Source: Desulfotalea psychrophila LSv54
GTDB lineage: Bacteria; Desulfobacterota; Desulfobulbia; Desulfobulbales; Desulfocapsaceae
NCBI RefSeq assembly: GCF_000025945.1
Contig: NC_006138.1
Span: 2,910,001 to 2,942,000 of the forward strand
Direction: 5' to 3'
DNA length: 32,000 bases
Part shown: one piece after another, positions 15,525 to 24,995 of the stretch
Numbering within the stretch: the stretch's first letter is position 1
Layout: the number at the start of each line of letters is the position of its first letter
Translations under genes and position numbers: made by a program
Notes under the pieces: generated by a model
Databases searched by the model: none
Seen by the model: only the letters and a program-made list of their open reading frames with translations
Told to the model about the DNA's origin: nothing

Positions 15525-17075
15525 CTATTCCGCTTCTTCTGGCAGTATCCACGCGCCTTTAAGCTGGACGAGATTACCACCCGAAAGCTGCAGATCAAGT
15601 TTTACAGTTTTTCCATGCTGAATAGAAACCTCCTGTTTCAAGTCATAGAATCGATCTTTATGGACAGTAACAAGCGTTCGACCTGCAAAAATCTTTTCAA
15701 CCGTTACCGGAGTTTGCTCACGCTGCAACTTACCGTCGATAAAGACATCTGCCCCCGGTGGCTCACTTAAAACCGTAATCGTCCCCCGACCCTGCTCCAG
15801 AACATAATCGCGTTTGACAACCTGATCATCTACCAAGGTGACCTCTGCCAAGGCATCTACATAATATTCTTTCTCTACCCGCAGGGTGTGGGTGCCAGCG
15901 GGAAGGTTTGTAGCTGTTAAAGGCGTTTTGCCAAGGTTACGTTTATCAAAATAGACGATTGCCCCTTCAGGTCGACTACTGACGACGAGTATAGAGGTGG
16001 ACAACAGAGATACAGCTTCAACCTTTGCCACTTTCGCTGACCGGGCAGGCTGCGCTGGAAAAGAAACGAAGATACTATTTTCTCCACTCCCTCCGCCGCC
16101 AATTGCCATACTGATTGAACCCACTTGCAGAAGAACAAGGTAGGCGATAAGACCGAAAAGAAGCGCCAGAGCCCCACCGCCCAGAGCCCATTTAAGGCCT
16201 GCCTTCGATGAAGGGGCAGGAACCACTTTCATTACTTTAGTTGCATGGCTTGGCCTGGAGAGTCTGCGACCCGACTGAACATCCTCAATAGCACGCACCA
16301 TGGTTGCTGCATCTACATACCTGTCAGCAGAGGATTTTGCCAGCAGATGATCGACTATGGGCTGATATTTTCTGAATTGAGATGGCAGTTCGGGGACGGG
16401 ATCATTCACATGGGAATAGGCAATGGCAATGGTATCTTCGGAATCATAGGGAACACTACCGACAAGCATCTCATAGAAAAGAATGCCAAGGCTATAGAGA
16501 TCCGAGCGATAGCCAACTCCTATGCCACGAGCCTGCTCCGGACTCATATAGTGCGGAGTGCCGATGGACATCCCGGTTTTCGTCATTTGGGTGGCAGTGC
16601 CAACAGCCTTGGCTATCCCAAAATCAGTGAGTACTGCAGTGCCATCCTCACGAAAGAGGACATTTTCAGGTTTGATATCACGATGAACAAATTCTTTTGC
16701 GTGTGCGTGGCTTAATGCCTTGCCAAGCTCCAGCAAGATATTAACAGCAGCTTCCGGCGACAGACCCTGCTTGATCTTCTCTTTTAAGTCACCACCGGTT
16801 ATGAGATCCATCGTATAGAAATGGTAGCCATCTACATGCGTCACATCATACAGGGTAACAATATTTTGGTGCATCAACGCCGCTGCAGCACACACCTCCT
16901 TATCAAAACGAGTTACTCGCTCTGCATCTCTGGCAAATTCAGGTGGTAGCAGCTTAAGCGCTACCTGCCTACCCAGTTCTGTATCCTCGGCCTTATAGAC
17001 ATCAGCCATCCCGCCAACACCAATTTTTTCGATGATGCAATATTTACCGAGTAACGTTCCCTGTTCAATTTCCAT
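15525..17075 (-). CDS. Hanks-type Ser/Thr protein kinase with one TM helix and two extracytoplasmic PEGA domains
   Basis: GVGGMADVYKA...VALK (ATP site), HRDIKPENVLF, DFGIAK and GTPHYMSPEQ. TM helix ALGGGALALLFGLIAYLVLL. PEGA repeats SRPEGAIVYFDKRNLGKTP...AGTHTLRVEKEYY and SEPPGADVFIDGK. Start overlaps the PP2C stop by 11 nt. Confidence 0.9.
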   Translation of the reverse strand: MEIEQGTLLGKYCIIEKIGVGGMADVYKAEDTELGRQVALKLLPPEFARDAERVTRFDKEVCAAAALMHQNIVTLYDVTHVDGYHFYTMDLITGGDLKEKIKQGLSPEAAVNILLELGKALSHAHAKEFVHRDIKPENVLFREDGTAVLTDFGIAKAVGTATQMTKTGMSIGTPHYMSPEQARGIGVGYRSDLYSLGILFYEMLVGSVPYDSEDTIAIAYSHVNDPVPELPSQFRKYQPIVDHLLAKSSADRYVDAATMVRAIEDVQSGRRLSRPSHATKVMKVVPAPSSKAGLKWALGGGALALLFGLIAYLVLLQVGSISMAIGGGGSGENSIFVSFPAQPARSAKVAKVEAVSLLSTSILVVSSRPEGAIVYFDKRNLGKTPLTATNLPAGTHTLRVEKEYYVDALAEVTLVDDQVVKRDYVLEQGRGTITVLSEPPGADVFIDGKLQREQTPVTVEKIFAGRTLVTVHKDRFYDLKQEVSIQHGKTVKLDLQLSGGNLVQLKGAWILPEEAE

Positions 17076-18312
17076 TCACTTTTCCTTGCTCAATAAGTGG
17101 GTCAACGCCTTTCGCTTCCGGACCGATTAATACAGGGGCTGACACAACGTATCCATTAACAGCCTTTACAGATGTGACTGCTTTCACCTTTTCAATAGCT
17201 GGCGCAGGGTTAACTATCTCTGCTTCAGATCCAGAAAAATCATCAACTGATTCATCAGAACCTCTCTCGTCAGGGATAAGATCTACAGTAATCTCCTGCT
17301 CCAATTCCCCTAATCCAACCCGGGATATTTCACGTGATTCCAAATCGCTACCATTTTCAGCACTGGTTTCTGGCAATAAGTCCTGAAGATCGGCCCTATC
17401 AATCTCCGACACTGTTTTTTGCATATGGATCGGTGCCGGGCTAAACGAACCCTGCCCTAGACAAAAGCAAAGGACAACCGGAATGGCTGCCAAGAGAAAA
17501 CCTGCCAGGGCATAGAACGGAGCACGATTTTTCTTTCGAGTTTTCTTTATGCGATTAACATCGACAGCATTCATCGGCCGTGTGGCACCTCGCCCCCCCC
17601 GGACAGGTGCGTCCTCAGGTGCATCTACCATTATGATGGTGATGTTATCACTCCCACCCCTATCATTTGCAGCCTGAACCAACTGTTGCAGTATGGTTTC
17701 AGGTGATTGATTCAAGCTTAGAATTGAAGCAATTTCAGCATCTGACAGCTCTGACGTTAGGCCATCACTGCAAAGAAGTAGCCTGTCACCTTTGCCCAGT
17801 CGGCCTTTGACAGAGTCAGGCTTTACCTCTTTCATCTCAGCACCCAAGGCCTGTGATATCGCGTTGCGTTGGGGGTGAGCCACCGCCTCTTCCGTGGTTA
17901 TGGCACCGGCATCAACAAGTTGCTGCACATAAGAGTGATCTCTCGTCAGCTGAATAAGCGAATGATTGTCATAAAGATATGCTCTGCTATCTCCAACCCA
18001 GGCTATTTCATAGTTGCTGCCTATTAGCTTAAGTGAAACAGCAGTAGAGCCCATTCCCGCAGAACCTTGCCCTTGTTCAACCGCCCTGTGTATACAATGA
18101 TGTGTCTCTGCCAGAACCTCTGAAAGAGCCATACCTTCAGCAGACAAACGGCTAAATGCTTCGACAACAATAGCACTTGCAACCTCACCCGCCTCATAGC
18201 CACCCATACCATCTGCAATTACCCAGACGCCACGATCTGCATCAGACATGAGACTGTCTTCATTATGATCGCGAACCCGACCAATATCAGTAATTTGACA
18301 AAACTGAATCAT
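17065..18312 (-). CDS. PP2C-family Ser/Thr phosphatase with TM helix and acidic C-terminal extension
   Basis: PP2C motifs RDHNEDS, ADGMGGYEAGEVAS, VGDSRAYL, LLLCSDGL and GGSDNITIIMV. TM helix FYALAGFLLAAIPVVLCFCL. AGAGGA RBS upstream of the ATG at 18312. Confidence 0.9.
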   Translation of the reverse strand: MIQFCQITDIGRVRDHNEDSLMSDADRGVWVIADGMGGYEAGEVASAIVVEAFSRLSAEGMALSEVLAETHHCIHRAVEQGQGSAGMGSTAVSLKLIGSNYEIAWVGDSRAYLYDNHSLIQLTRDHSYVQQLVDAGAITTEEAVAHPQRNAISQALGAEMKEVKPDSVKGRLGKGDRLLLCSDGLTSELSDAEIASILSLNQSPETILQQLVQAANDRGGSDNITIIMVDAPEDAPVRGGRGATRPMNAVDVNRIKKTRKKNRAPFYALAGFLLAAIPVVLCFCLGQGSFSPAPIHMQKTVSEIDRADLQDLLPETSAENGSDLESREISRVGLGELEQEITVDLIPDERGSDESVDDFSGSEAEIVNPAPAIEKVKAVTSVKAVNGYVVSAPVLIGPEAKGVDPLIEQGKVNGN

Positions 18313-18367
18313 TATTATTCCTCTGTAGCCCCTGTTTTCAAATTACAAACACTTTCGTAGCAAATAT

Positions 18368-18398
18368 GCTTTTAAATGTGAAGGAACACTTTAAAAGC
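18368..18398. promoter_or_regulatory. Near-perfect inverted repeat about 55 nt upstream of the PP2C start (operator or 5'-UTR hairpin candidate)
   Basis: GCTTTTAAATGTG-aaggaa-CACTTTAAAAGC: 12 paired positions with one bulge. It lies in the AT-rich leader of the PP2C/kinase operon. Confidence 0.3.
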
Positions 18399-19293
18399 AA
18401 TATTTTATCTTTCATTTCTTAGCATCCGCACTTTAGTCTGACTCAGACGAGCTACTCCGTTTTGCTGCAAACATACGGCAACAAACTGCCTTCCAACAAC
18501 CAAGATGCCATTCTTCCTTTTCCAATCAAATAAAAGTAGTCATGTCATTTATGATGATGCTTCTTCTTTGTGACATAATCACAAGCATTCTCTATCTATC
18601 TCATAAACAAAGATTCTGGACTATTGAGCCCATAGGTGCAATATAGCGATGTTGCAAAGAGAAGTTTTCCGACAACAACGCTTGAGCTGCCTGATCTTGA
18701 AAAATTCATGTCAACGGATCCCCATAAAATAACTCAACATTTTCCATCTAAATAATATGACAAAGCACACACATAGTAATATATGACTATATGTGTCAAG
18801 ATAATTTCACCTCATCATCTAACCACTAGGAATATTGAATAATATTATGGCAGACACTATTTAAAATGGATTCTACATTTTGGGATCGGCCAACCATATC
18901 CTGCATGAGAACTCACCTATGCCAGACATTTCCCGACAAAGAGAGAGCAGAACAACAGGTAACTCTAGCGGTGATTCCACCCCACCTTTATGGAGTTATA
19001 TCTTTATGAAAACCCTTCAATTTTCTAATCCTCAAAAGAGTCCTCACTGCTTTAGCGCCAAAAATAATTACAAAAAAGCCAAGATGCAGCGACAGCCAAG
19101 TTTTTGAAGTATTAGAAAAAGCGGCGTAACTGTCACCCACGCATGAACGGGCCATTAACGCAGATATTTTTTACAATTTACGCTCGAAATATAGTGAAAA
19201 GAATGCTTTTTTGCAGCGCAGAAAAAGAGCGGGAGGAAAAAATTTTCGGAGGAAGAAGATATATACAGAAGATCGGATTAAGCCTGAGACTAC

Positions 19294-19725
19294 CTAATGA
19301 CATTTTTTCAAGGCAACACTAAAACACATGACAACAGGCCACAAAAAGGTCCAAACCAGGGCAAGAGTGTAGCGTGAAGGAAATAAGGATCAGTTGAAGG
19401 TGGCGTCTCCCAGACGAACACCGGCCCAATATGCAGCAGGCCCCCCCAGAGCGTCAAACAACATGGTGAGCATTGATCTATTTTACAGCCAGGCAAGGCA
19501 ATGTTACGATGTTATGGCCAGCCCCAACCAAATAACCATTAGTCAAAGTGGTATTAGCAAGCCTGTTGTGGTGAAACTGATAAAGCCAATATGGTGCAAG
19601 CTTCCATCCACCACCAATCCCGCGACGAGCAGAAAGCCCAGCATCCGCAGATCCAAGCTCCTTACCTTTACAAAAAACAGATGAATGAGGAGCAACAGGA
19701 CACCAACACAGGCACCGCTATTCAC
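19294..19725 (-). pseudogene. Small polytopic membrane protein pseudogene (DUF2878-like by recollection) with four in-frame stop codons
   Basis: A single minus frame reads VNSGACVGVLLLLIHLFF...GLLIPL*LMVIWLGLAITS*HCLAWL*NRSMLTMLFDALGGPAAYWAGVRLGDATFN*SLFPSRYTLALVWTFLWPVVMCFSVALKKCH*. Hydrophobic periodicity continues across the stops. It lies directly downstream of the photolyase gene. Confidence 0.5.
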
Positions 19726-20024
19726 ACCGAGACAAAATCTTCCCTGTCAATACCCACTGTATATTCAAGCTATAAGCACTTGGATATTTCACTACTGAGA
19801 ATATCCTCTTTTTTCGATATACTTGAACTGTAAAGAGATGCATCCTACACCTTTATAAAGCCGAGATAAGACCTCCCCCTGACTGCCCCTTTGCATATCA
19901 TCTGTAATAGGTACAGCACCAAATCAACCGGGGTCCCAAAAGCCAGAGACAGAATAACAGCAACAAAGATCATAAAATTAAAACATTAGAACAATCTCAG
20001 AGAGAAAACTCTGGATTACCAATG

Positions 20025-21401
20025 CTACTCTCTCTCCCTGGCAAAAACAGATGACATATAGCTATTAACATCAAACTTGCGACGGCATCCCGCCTCATTC
20101 ATATACCGAATCTTACCGAAAACAGGACGTTCTGCCCAGGCCCTGTCATGCACCCCTCCAATTGACCAGGCAACCCCCGCATAGCCATTGGGATCGCGAC
20201 CGTCAAGTGAGTACCGATCGTTAAGCCTTATGGCATATTCCAGGGCAGTTTCCGGGTTAGGTGTCCATTCGAGTATCTTCTTAGCCCAGTACATTCGTAA
20301 ATAGCCATGCAATTTACCGCTCTGGACGAGATCAATTTGGCAGGCGTTCCAGAGCTGTTCATGGGTGTTGCCTGCTTCCAAATCGTGGAAGGAATAGAGA
20401 TACGCCCTCTCATCACAGCGATGCTGATCAAGTGATTTACGGGCCCACGCAGGAAATCCTGCAAAAGTATCGTATAAGGGCTCGTACAGGCAAAAATTAT
20501 CAGAAAGTTCCCGCCGTACAATCAGTTCCTCCAGAAAAGGCTCCTTGGTCTCTATAGGTAGTTTGTCCCTCGACACAACCCAGGCCAGGCGCTGGGCGGA
20601 CAGATGCCCGAAATGCAGATAAGGGGATAATCCCGACTGCCCGTTCAGACAGGGATTGTTCCGGCGCTCCGAATAATTTTCAAGTCCAATCTTAATAAAA
20701 GAATCAGCTGCAAACTGAGCACTTGCTTCGCCAGCCCCTCTCAATTCGCAGCCGGAGGAATTCAACGTGGAGATAACCCTTGCAAGAGAGCTTGAGCCAG
20801 CAAGAGCCAAAGTGTGAGCCCAGCTAAAAGGATGATGCTGAAGAGGAGGGATATCTGTTAAAAAATCATCCAGTAGGCGTTTAATTTTGGGACGGATGGT
20901 ATAGGCAGCGTACTCTTTCTTGTCTGAGACCATCCAGGCGGGAATGATATTATGGGTATCAACCTGGTAAATAGGAGTGACCACCTGTGCTATCAGCTGT
21001 TCTGTCCATTGCCGCTTAATACGTAGTGGATCAAAGTCACTTACAAGTAGATGGGCGTCAATCTGACGGAGAAATCCTGGCAGGATATCATCAGGAGACT
21101 GTTCAAATAAGGTGAAATGAATATTCATCTCATGCAGTTTTTTCTGCATACGAGCAAGGCCTCTCAGCATGAAGAGGTACTGACTAGATTTGGCACCAAG
21201 GTAGTCGGGAACAAGACAGAATACGACCAGTAGCCCTTTCTGGCGGGAGATGGCCTCCTGTTGGGCCCATAAAAGAGCCCAGTTATCCCGAACCCTCTGG
21301 TCACGCGACACCCAATAGACAACCGGCCCATCGCCCCGACGCCCGTTCTTCAGGCGACGACCCCTCCTTACTATATCTTTGTTTCTTCGATTTATATCCA
21401 T
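20025..21401 (-). CDS. phr: Deoxyribodipyrimidine (CPD) photolyase, class II
   Basis: Class II hallmarks: GDGPVVYWVSRDQRVRDNWALL, FDPLRIKRQW, LSPYLHFGHLSAQR, ELIVRRELSDNFCLY, HGYLRMYWAKKILEW and LDGRDPNGYAGVAWSIGGVHDRAW...GKIRYMN. Confidence 0.9.
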   Translation of the reverse strand: MDINRRNKDIVRRGRRLKNGRRGDGPVVYWVSRDQRVRDNWALLWAQQEAISRQKGLLVVFCLVPDYLGAKSSQYLFMLRGLARMQKKLHEMNIHFTLFEQSPDDILPGFLRQIDAHLLVSDFDPLRIKRQWTEQLIAQVVTPIYQVDTHNIIPAWMVSDKKEYAAYTIRPKIKRLLDDFLTDIPPLQHHPFSWAHTLALAGSSSLARVISTLNSSGCELRGAGEASAQFAADSFIKIGLENYSERRNNPCLNGQSGLSPYLHFGHLSAQRLAWVVSRDKLPIETKEPFLEELIVRRELSDNFCLYEPLYDTFAGFPAWARKSLDQHRCDERAYLYSFHDLEAGNTHEQLWNACQIDLVQSGKLHGYLRMYWAKKILEWTPNPETALEYAIRLNDRYSLDGRDPNGYAGVAWSIGGVHDRAWAERPVFGKIRYMNEAGCRRKFDVNSYMSSVFARERE

Positions 21402-21524
21402 TGTTAATAATTGTATATAGAATTTATAGAACTAACAATTGCTATTCCCCCTCCACCTGTTAGATACTATCTATAGTCGGGGCAAAAAAACATAAAGTCA
21501 ACCCTATCTGAGAGGCCTATCGGC

Positions 21525-22472
21525 ATGGATGAAAAAATCAAAATAGGTATCAGCTCCTGTCTGCTTGGCAATGAGGTCCGTTTTAACGGTGGGCACCAAC
21601 ATGACAGGTATATCACCGATACTTTAGGAGATTTTTTTAACTTTGTACCAGTCTGTCCCGAAGTCGAATGTGGACTTTCAGTGCCCAGAGAATCAATGCG
21701 CCTGGTGGGTGATGCCAGGTCACCACGTCTCATCACCAACAAAACGGGCATTGACCATACGGACAAAATGAATAAATGGGCCTCTGTCCGCCTTGAAGAG
21801 CTTGAGCAGGAAAATCTTTGCGGGTTTATTTTTAAGAGCAAGTCACCATCATCGGGCATGGAACGGGTAAAGGTTTATGATAAAAACAATGTCCCTCGAA
21901 CTATCGGGGTCGGTCTTTTTGCCCGAGCCTTCATGGAGCATTTCCCAATAGTCCCGGTCGAGGAGGAAGGACGTCTGCATGATCCTTCTTTACGTGAAAA
22001 TTTTATAGAATCAGTTTTTCTCTACCAACGTTGGCGGAGCACTCTTAATGATTTTACTCTGAAAAAACTGGTAGATTTTCACACCCAGCATAAACTACTG
22101 CTGCGGGCGCACAGCGAGAATCACTACCGGGAAATGGGCCGTATTGTCGCAGAAGCCGGGTCTATAGAGCCAAAAAGACTTCTTAGCTCTTATCAAGAAA
22201 ATCTGATGGCGGCCATGAGGCTAAAACCCACTGTGAAGAAGCATGTCAATGTTCTCATGCACATGATGGGATATTTCAAAAAACGCCTTTCAAGCGATGA
22301 GAAGCAAGAGCTCTTGGATGTCATCACTCGCTTCAAAAACAACCATATCCCGCTTATTGTCCCCATTACCCTAATGAACCATTATATACGAAAATATAAT
22401 GAATCGTACTTACAGCAGCAGCATTATCTCAACCCACACCCGACAGAGTTAAGGCTTCGTAATCATGCCTGA
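21525..22472 (+). CDS. DUF523 (TudS-like) / DUF1722 (YbgA-like) fusion protein
   Basis: N-terminus IKIGISSCLLGNEVRFNGGHQHD...VPVCPEVECGLSVPRE is typical of DUF523. The C-terminal half (FHTQHKLLLRAHSENHYREMGR) is typical of YbgA/DUF1722. Divergent from a photolyase gene, as ybgA-phr is in enterobacteria. Confidence 0.75.
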   Translation: MDEKIKIGISSCLLGNEVRFNGGHQHDRYITDTLGDFFNFVPVCPEVECGLSVPRESMRLVGDARSPRLITNKTGIDHTDKMNKWASVRLEELEQENLCGFIFKSKSPSSGMERVKVYDKNNVPRTIGVGLFARAFMEHFPIVPVEEEGRLHDPSLRENFIESVFLYQRWRSTLNDFTLKKLVDFHTQHKLLLRAHSENHYREMGRIVAEAGSIEPKRLLSSYQENLMAAMRLKPTVKKHVNVLMHMMGYFKKRLSSDEKQELLDVITRFKNNHIPLIVPITLMNHYIRKYNESYLQQQHYLNPHPTELRLRNHA

Positions 22473-23919
22473 TAAACCTCAAAAAAAGACCGTTCTTATC
22501 ACCGGCGCAACCGGTTATATTGGCAGAAAGCTCACACATCGCCTGGTACAAGACGCCACTGTCAATGTTCGCTTACTGGTGCGTAACAGGAATAAGGTCC
22601 AGGTTTCTATCGCCGATAAAGTTGATATCAGGGAAGGATCAACCTTTGATAAAGATAGCTTGAAATCCATATTGACAGGGATTGATACGGCCTTTTACCT
22701 GATCCACTCTATGGATTCAGGAGATAATTATCGAAACCTTGATAAAATCAGCGCCACAAACTTCAGAGAAGCCTGCATCGTAGCTGGTGTTCGACGAATA
22801 ATTTATCTTGGCGGCCTGGGAGTAAAAGAGAGTGCCAGTGAACATCTGCTGAGTCGAATTGAAACGGGTGAGATTCTTTCTGAGAGAGTATCTGATATTG
22901 AAACAATATGGTTACGGGCAGGAGTCATCATCGGTTCAGGAAGTGCCAGTTTTGAGATTATCCGCAACCTCTGTCAAAAACTGCCCTTGATGATCACTCC
23001 GCGCTGGGTTCGCAGTCGGACCCAGCCCATCGGCATTGATGATGTTCTTAACTATTTACAGTCCGCCATCGCCCTTGTCCAACAGGGTAACCTCATTATA
23101 GATATAGGCAGTGAAGACCTTAATTTTCAGCAAATGATGGAACAGGCAGCTGAAGTCATGGGATTAAAAAGATATCTCTTCCCCGTTCCGGTTCTCACGC
23201 CCCGACTCTCCTCCTACTGGCTGATACTTTTCACCCCCATCCCCTACAGGCTCGCTGCAGCTCTCGTTGAGGGACTGAAAAGTGAAAGCGTATTGCAAAA
23301 CGATAATGCTGAGCGGCTTTTCCCAGATATCAGGCCATCTTCTTTCAAACAGGCTGTTGAGCACGCCATGGATGAACTTGAGCGAAACCAGATTATAAAC
23401 CGCTGGTGTGACTCCAACGCACAGCAGGCATGTAATATCAAGGATTTTGACAACCCTCCTGGGGCGATATTGCGAGATACCAGAATTGTCCCCTTTGCTC
23501 GAGGAGAACAACAGAAAGACATATTTCTATCAGCCTGCTCCATTGGCGGAGAAAAAGATTGGTTCAGATATAACTTCCTTTGGATGAGCCGAGGGACGAT
23601 GGACAAAATTGCCGCCTATGGTCTCAGCAGTGAAAGACGATTAAATTCTGATTTACGTATCGGCGATGCTCTGGGTTTCTGGAAAGTTGCTGATCTCAAA
23701 GCAGGAAAAAGACTTCTTCTTCATGCCCAGATGAAAATTCCAGGCGAGGCTTGGCTCGAATTTGACGTGCATTCAAATCAACTGGTGCAAACAGCTCATT
23801 TTCTGCCCAAGGGTTTATGGGGAAGATTATATTGGTACTCGGCTCTTCCTTATCACCGCTTTATTTTCAACAACTTAGCCAAAACAATTGTCAAAACGGC
23901 AAGAAGAATAGAAAAATAA
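22465..23919 (+). CDS. NAD(P)-binding SDR-family protein with C-terminal DUF2867-like domain
   Basis: Rossmann motif VLITGATGYIGRKL at the N-terminus. 484 aa with a long C-terminal extension. 8-nt overlap with the upstream gene. Confidence 0.65.
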   Translation: MPDKPQKKTVLITGATGYIGRKLTHRLVQDATVNVRLLVRNRNKVQVSIADKVDIREGSTFDKDSLKSILTGIDTAFYLIHSMDSGDNYRNLDKISATNFREACIVAGVRRIIYLGGLGVKESASEHLLSRIETGEILSERVSDIETIWLRAGVIIGSGSASFEIIRNLCQKLPLMITPRWVRSRTQPIGIDDVLNYLQSAIALVQQGNLIIDIGSEDLNFQQMMEQAAEVMGLKRYLFPVPVLTPRLSSYWLILFTPIPYRLAAALVEGLKSESVLQNDNAERLFPDIRPSSFKQAVEHAMDELERNQIINRWCDSNAQQACNIKDFDNPPGAILRDTRIVPFARGEQQKDIFLSACSIGGEKDWFRYNFLWMSRGTMDKIAAYGLSSERRLNSDLRIGDALGFWKVADLKAGKRLLLHAQMKIPGEAWLEFDVHSNQLVQTAHFLPKGLWGRLYWYSALPYHRFIFNNLAKTIVKTARRIEK

Positions 23920-24106
23920 CCACAGATAATATCAAAAGAGAACTATCAGCTCAAAGAAAGTTTAACTTCTGCAAACACTCCGCCAGCCAAAGGTCTTTAG
24001 GCACTAAGGACTGTCGACAAATAAACTCTGCATGAACTCAAATATCCACTGAGTTTAAAAACCAGCAAAATCAATCACTAATCTGCCAAAATAGTTTTTT
24101 AAAATC

Positions 24107-24138
24107 AAAAAAAAAGGCTGTGACAAAAAGTCACAGCC
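24107..24138 (-). terminator. Intrinsic terminator (reads on the minus strand as a 9-bp GC-rich stem followed by a T-run), probably ending the ssb transcript
   Basis: GGCTGTGAC (24116-24124), loop aaaaa, GTCACAGCC (24130-24138). An A9 run at 24107-24115 becomes a U-tract for minus-strand transcripts. Confidence 0.7.
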
Positions 24139-24312
24139 TCTTAAGAGAACATAGCACTCTCTAAAGGGATGCTCGAAAAATTAAGCTTTTCAATAAAGAT
24201 CAAGGCGCATGAAAAATTTTACCGCAGGCATATATCTGATATTCCGAGGATGAAATTTTTCATGCAACGCAGAGATTTGAAGAAAAGACTATTTTTCAAG
24301 ATTCCCTAAATG

Positions 24313-24741
24313 CTAGAAGGGTACGTCGTTACCGGTTCCACCGTAGGCATCCGGGCCGGTAGGCTCAGGAAAGGAGTTCTCACCTGCGGAAGAGCTATCG
24401 GAGGAGTTGTTGCTGCCACGAGGGCTGAGCATCTTCATCTCTCGGGCTACAATCTCCGTTGAGTAACGATCGTTACCGCTCTGGTCCTGCCATTTGCGGG
24501 TCTGGATTTTTCCCTCGATATATACCCGGGCACCCTTATTCAGGTACTCGCCACAGATCTCAGCAAGACGGCCCCAAGCAATAACCCGATGCCATTCAGT
24601 GGATTCCTGCATTTGGCCACTCTGATCCTTCCAACGCTCGGTGGTAGCCAATCTCAGGGTTGCCACCTGAGTTCCGTTACCGGTGCTACGAATTTCAGGA
24701 TCTGCGCCTAGATTACCAATTAAAATTGCCTTATTTATCAT
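24313..24741 (-). CDS. ssb: Single-stranded DNA-binding protein
   Basis: OB-fold N-terminus [18 protein letters not shown]...[14 protein letters not shown]...[17 protein letters not shown]. Gly/Ser-rich linker and acidic tip ending DVPF. Confidence 0.92.
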   Translation of the reverse strand: MINKAILIGNLGADPEIRSTGNGTQVATLRLATTERWKDQSGQMQESTEWHRVIAWGRLAEICGEYLNKGARVYIEGKIQTRKWQDQSGNDRYSTEIVAREMKMLSPRGSNNSSDSSSAGENSFPEPTGPDAYGGTGNDVPF

Positions 24742-24995
24742 CTTTTATCTCCCAAAAAAAGGATAGTTATCTCTAAAAGAGCATTTGTTTAAATAGTACA
24801 GTGAATGAAAAAGAAAATATACTCTATTTATTATTTCAGCATGAAAGGCAAGCTTAAAAACCGATAAGACGATCCAAGATACGATCAAGAGCCGCCCACC
24901 TTGCACCACTCTGGGCCAGACTTTAGAGCAAAGCCCTCTACCTTTCGGGTAAAAACAAACAGAAACTCTCTGGGTCCCAAGTCTTTTATCTGCTT

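Noticed and set aside
18880-19107. 75-aa + strand ORF in the gene-poor stretch
   Set aside because: It has no RBS, a hydrophilic low-information sequence and a surrounding region that looks decayed. It is not supportable as a gene.
21467-21859. 130-aa minus-strand ORF across the phr/DUF523 divergent promoter
   Set aside because: It is antisense to the well-supported DUF523/DUF1722 gene. It has Ser/Pro/Leu-rich composition and no motif.
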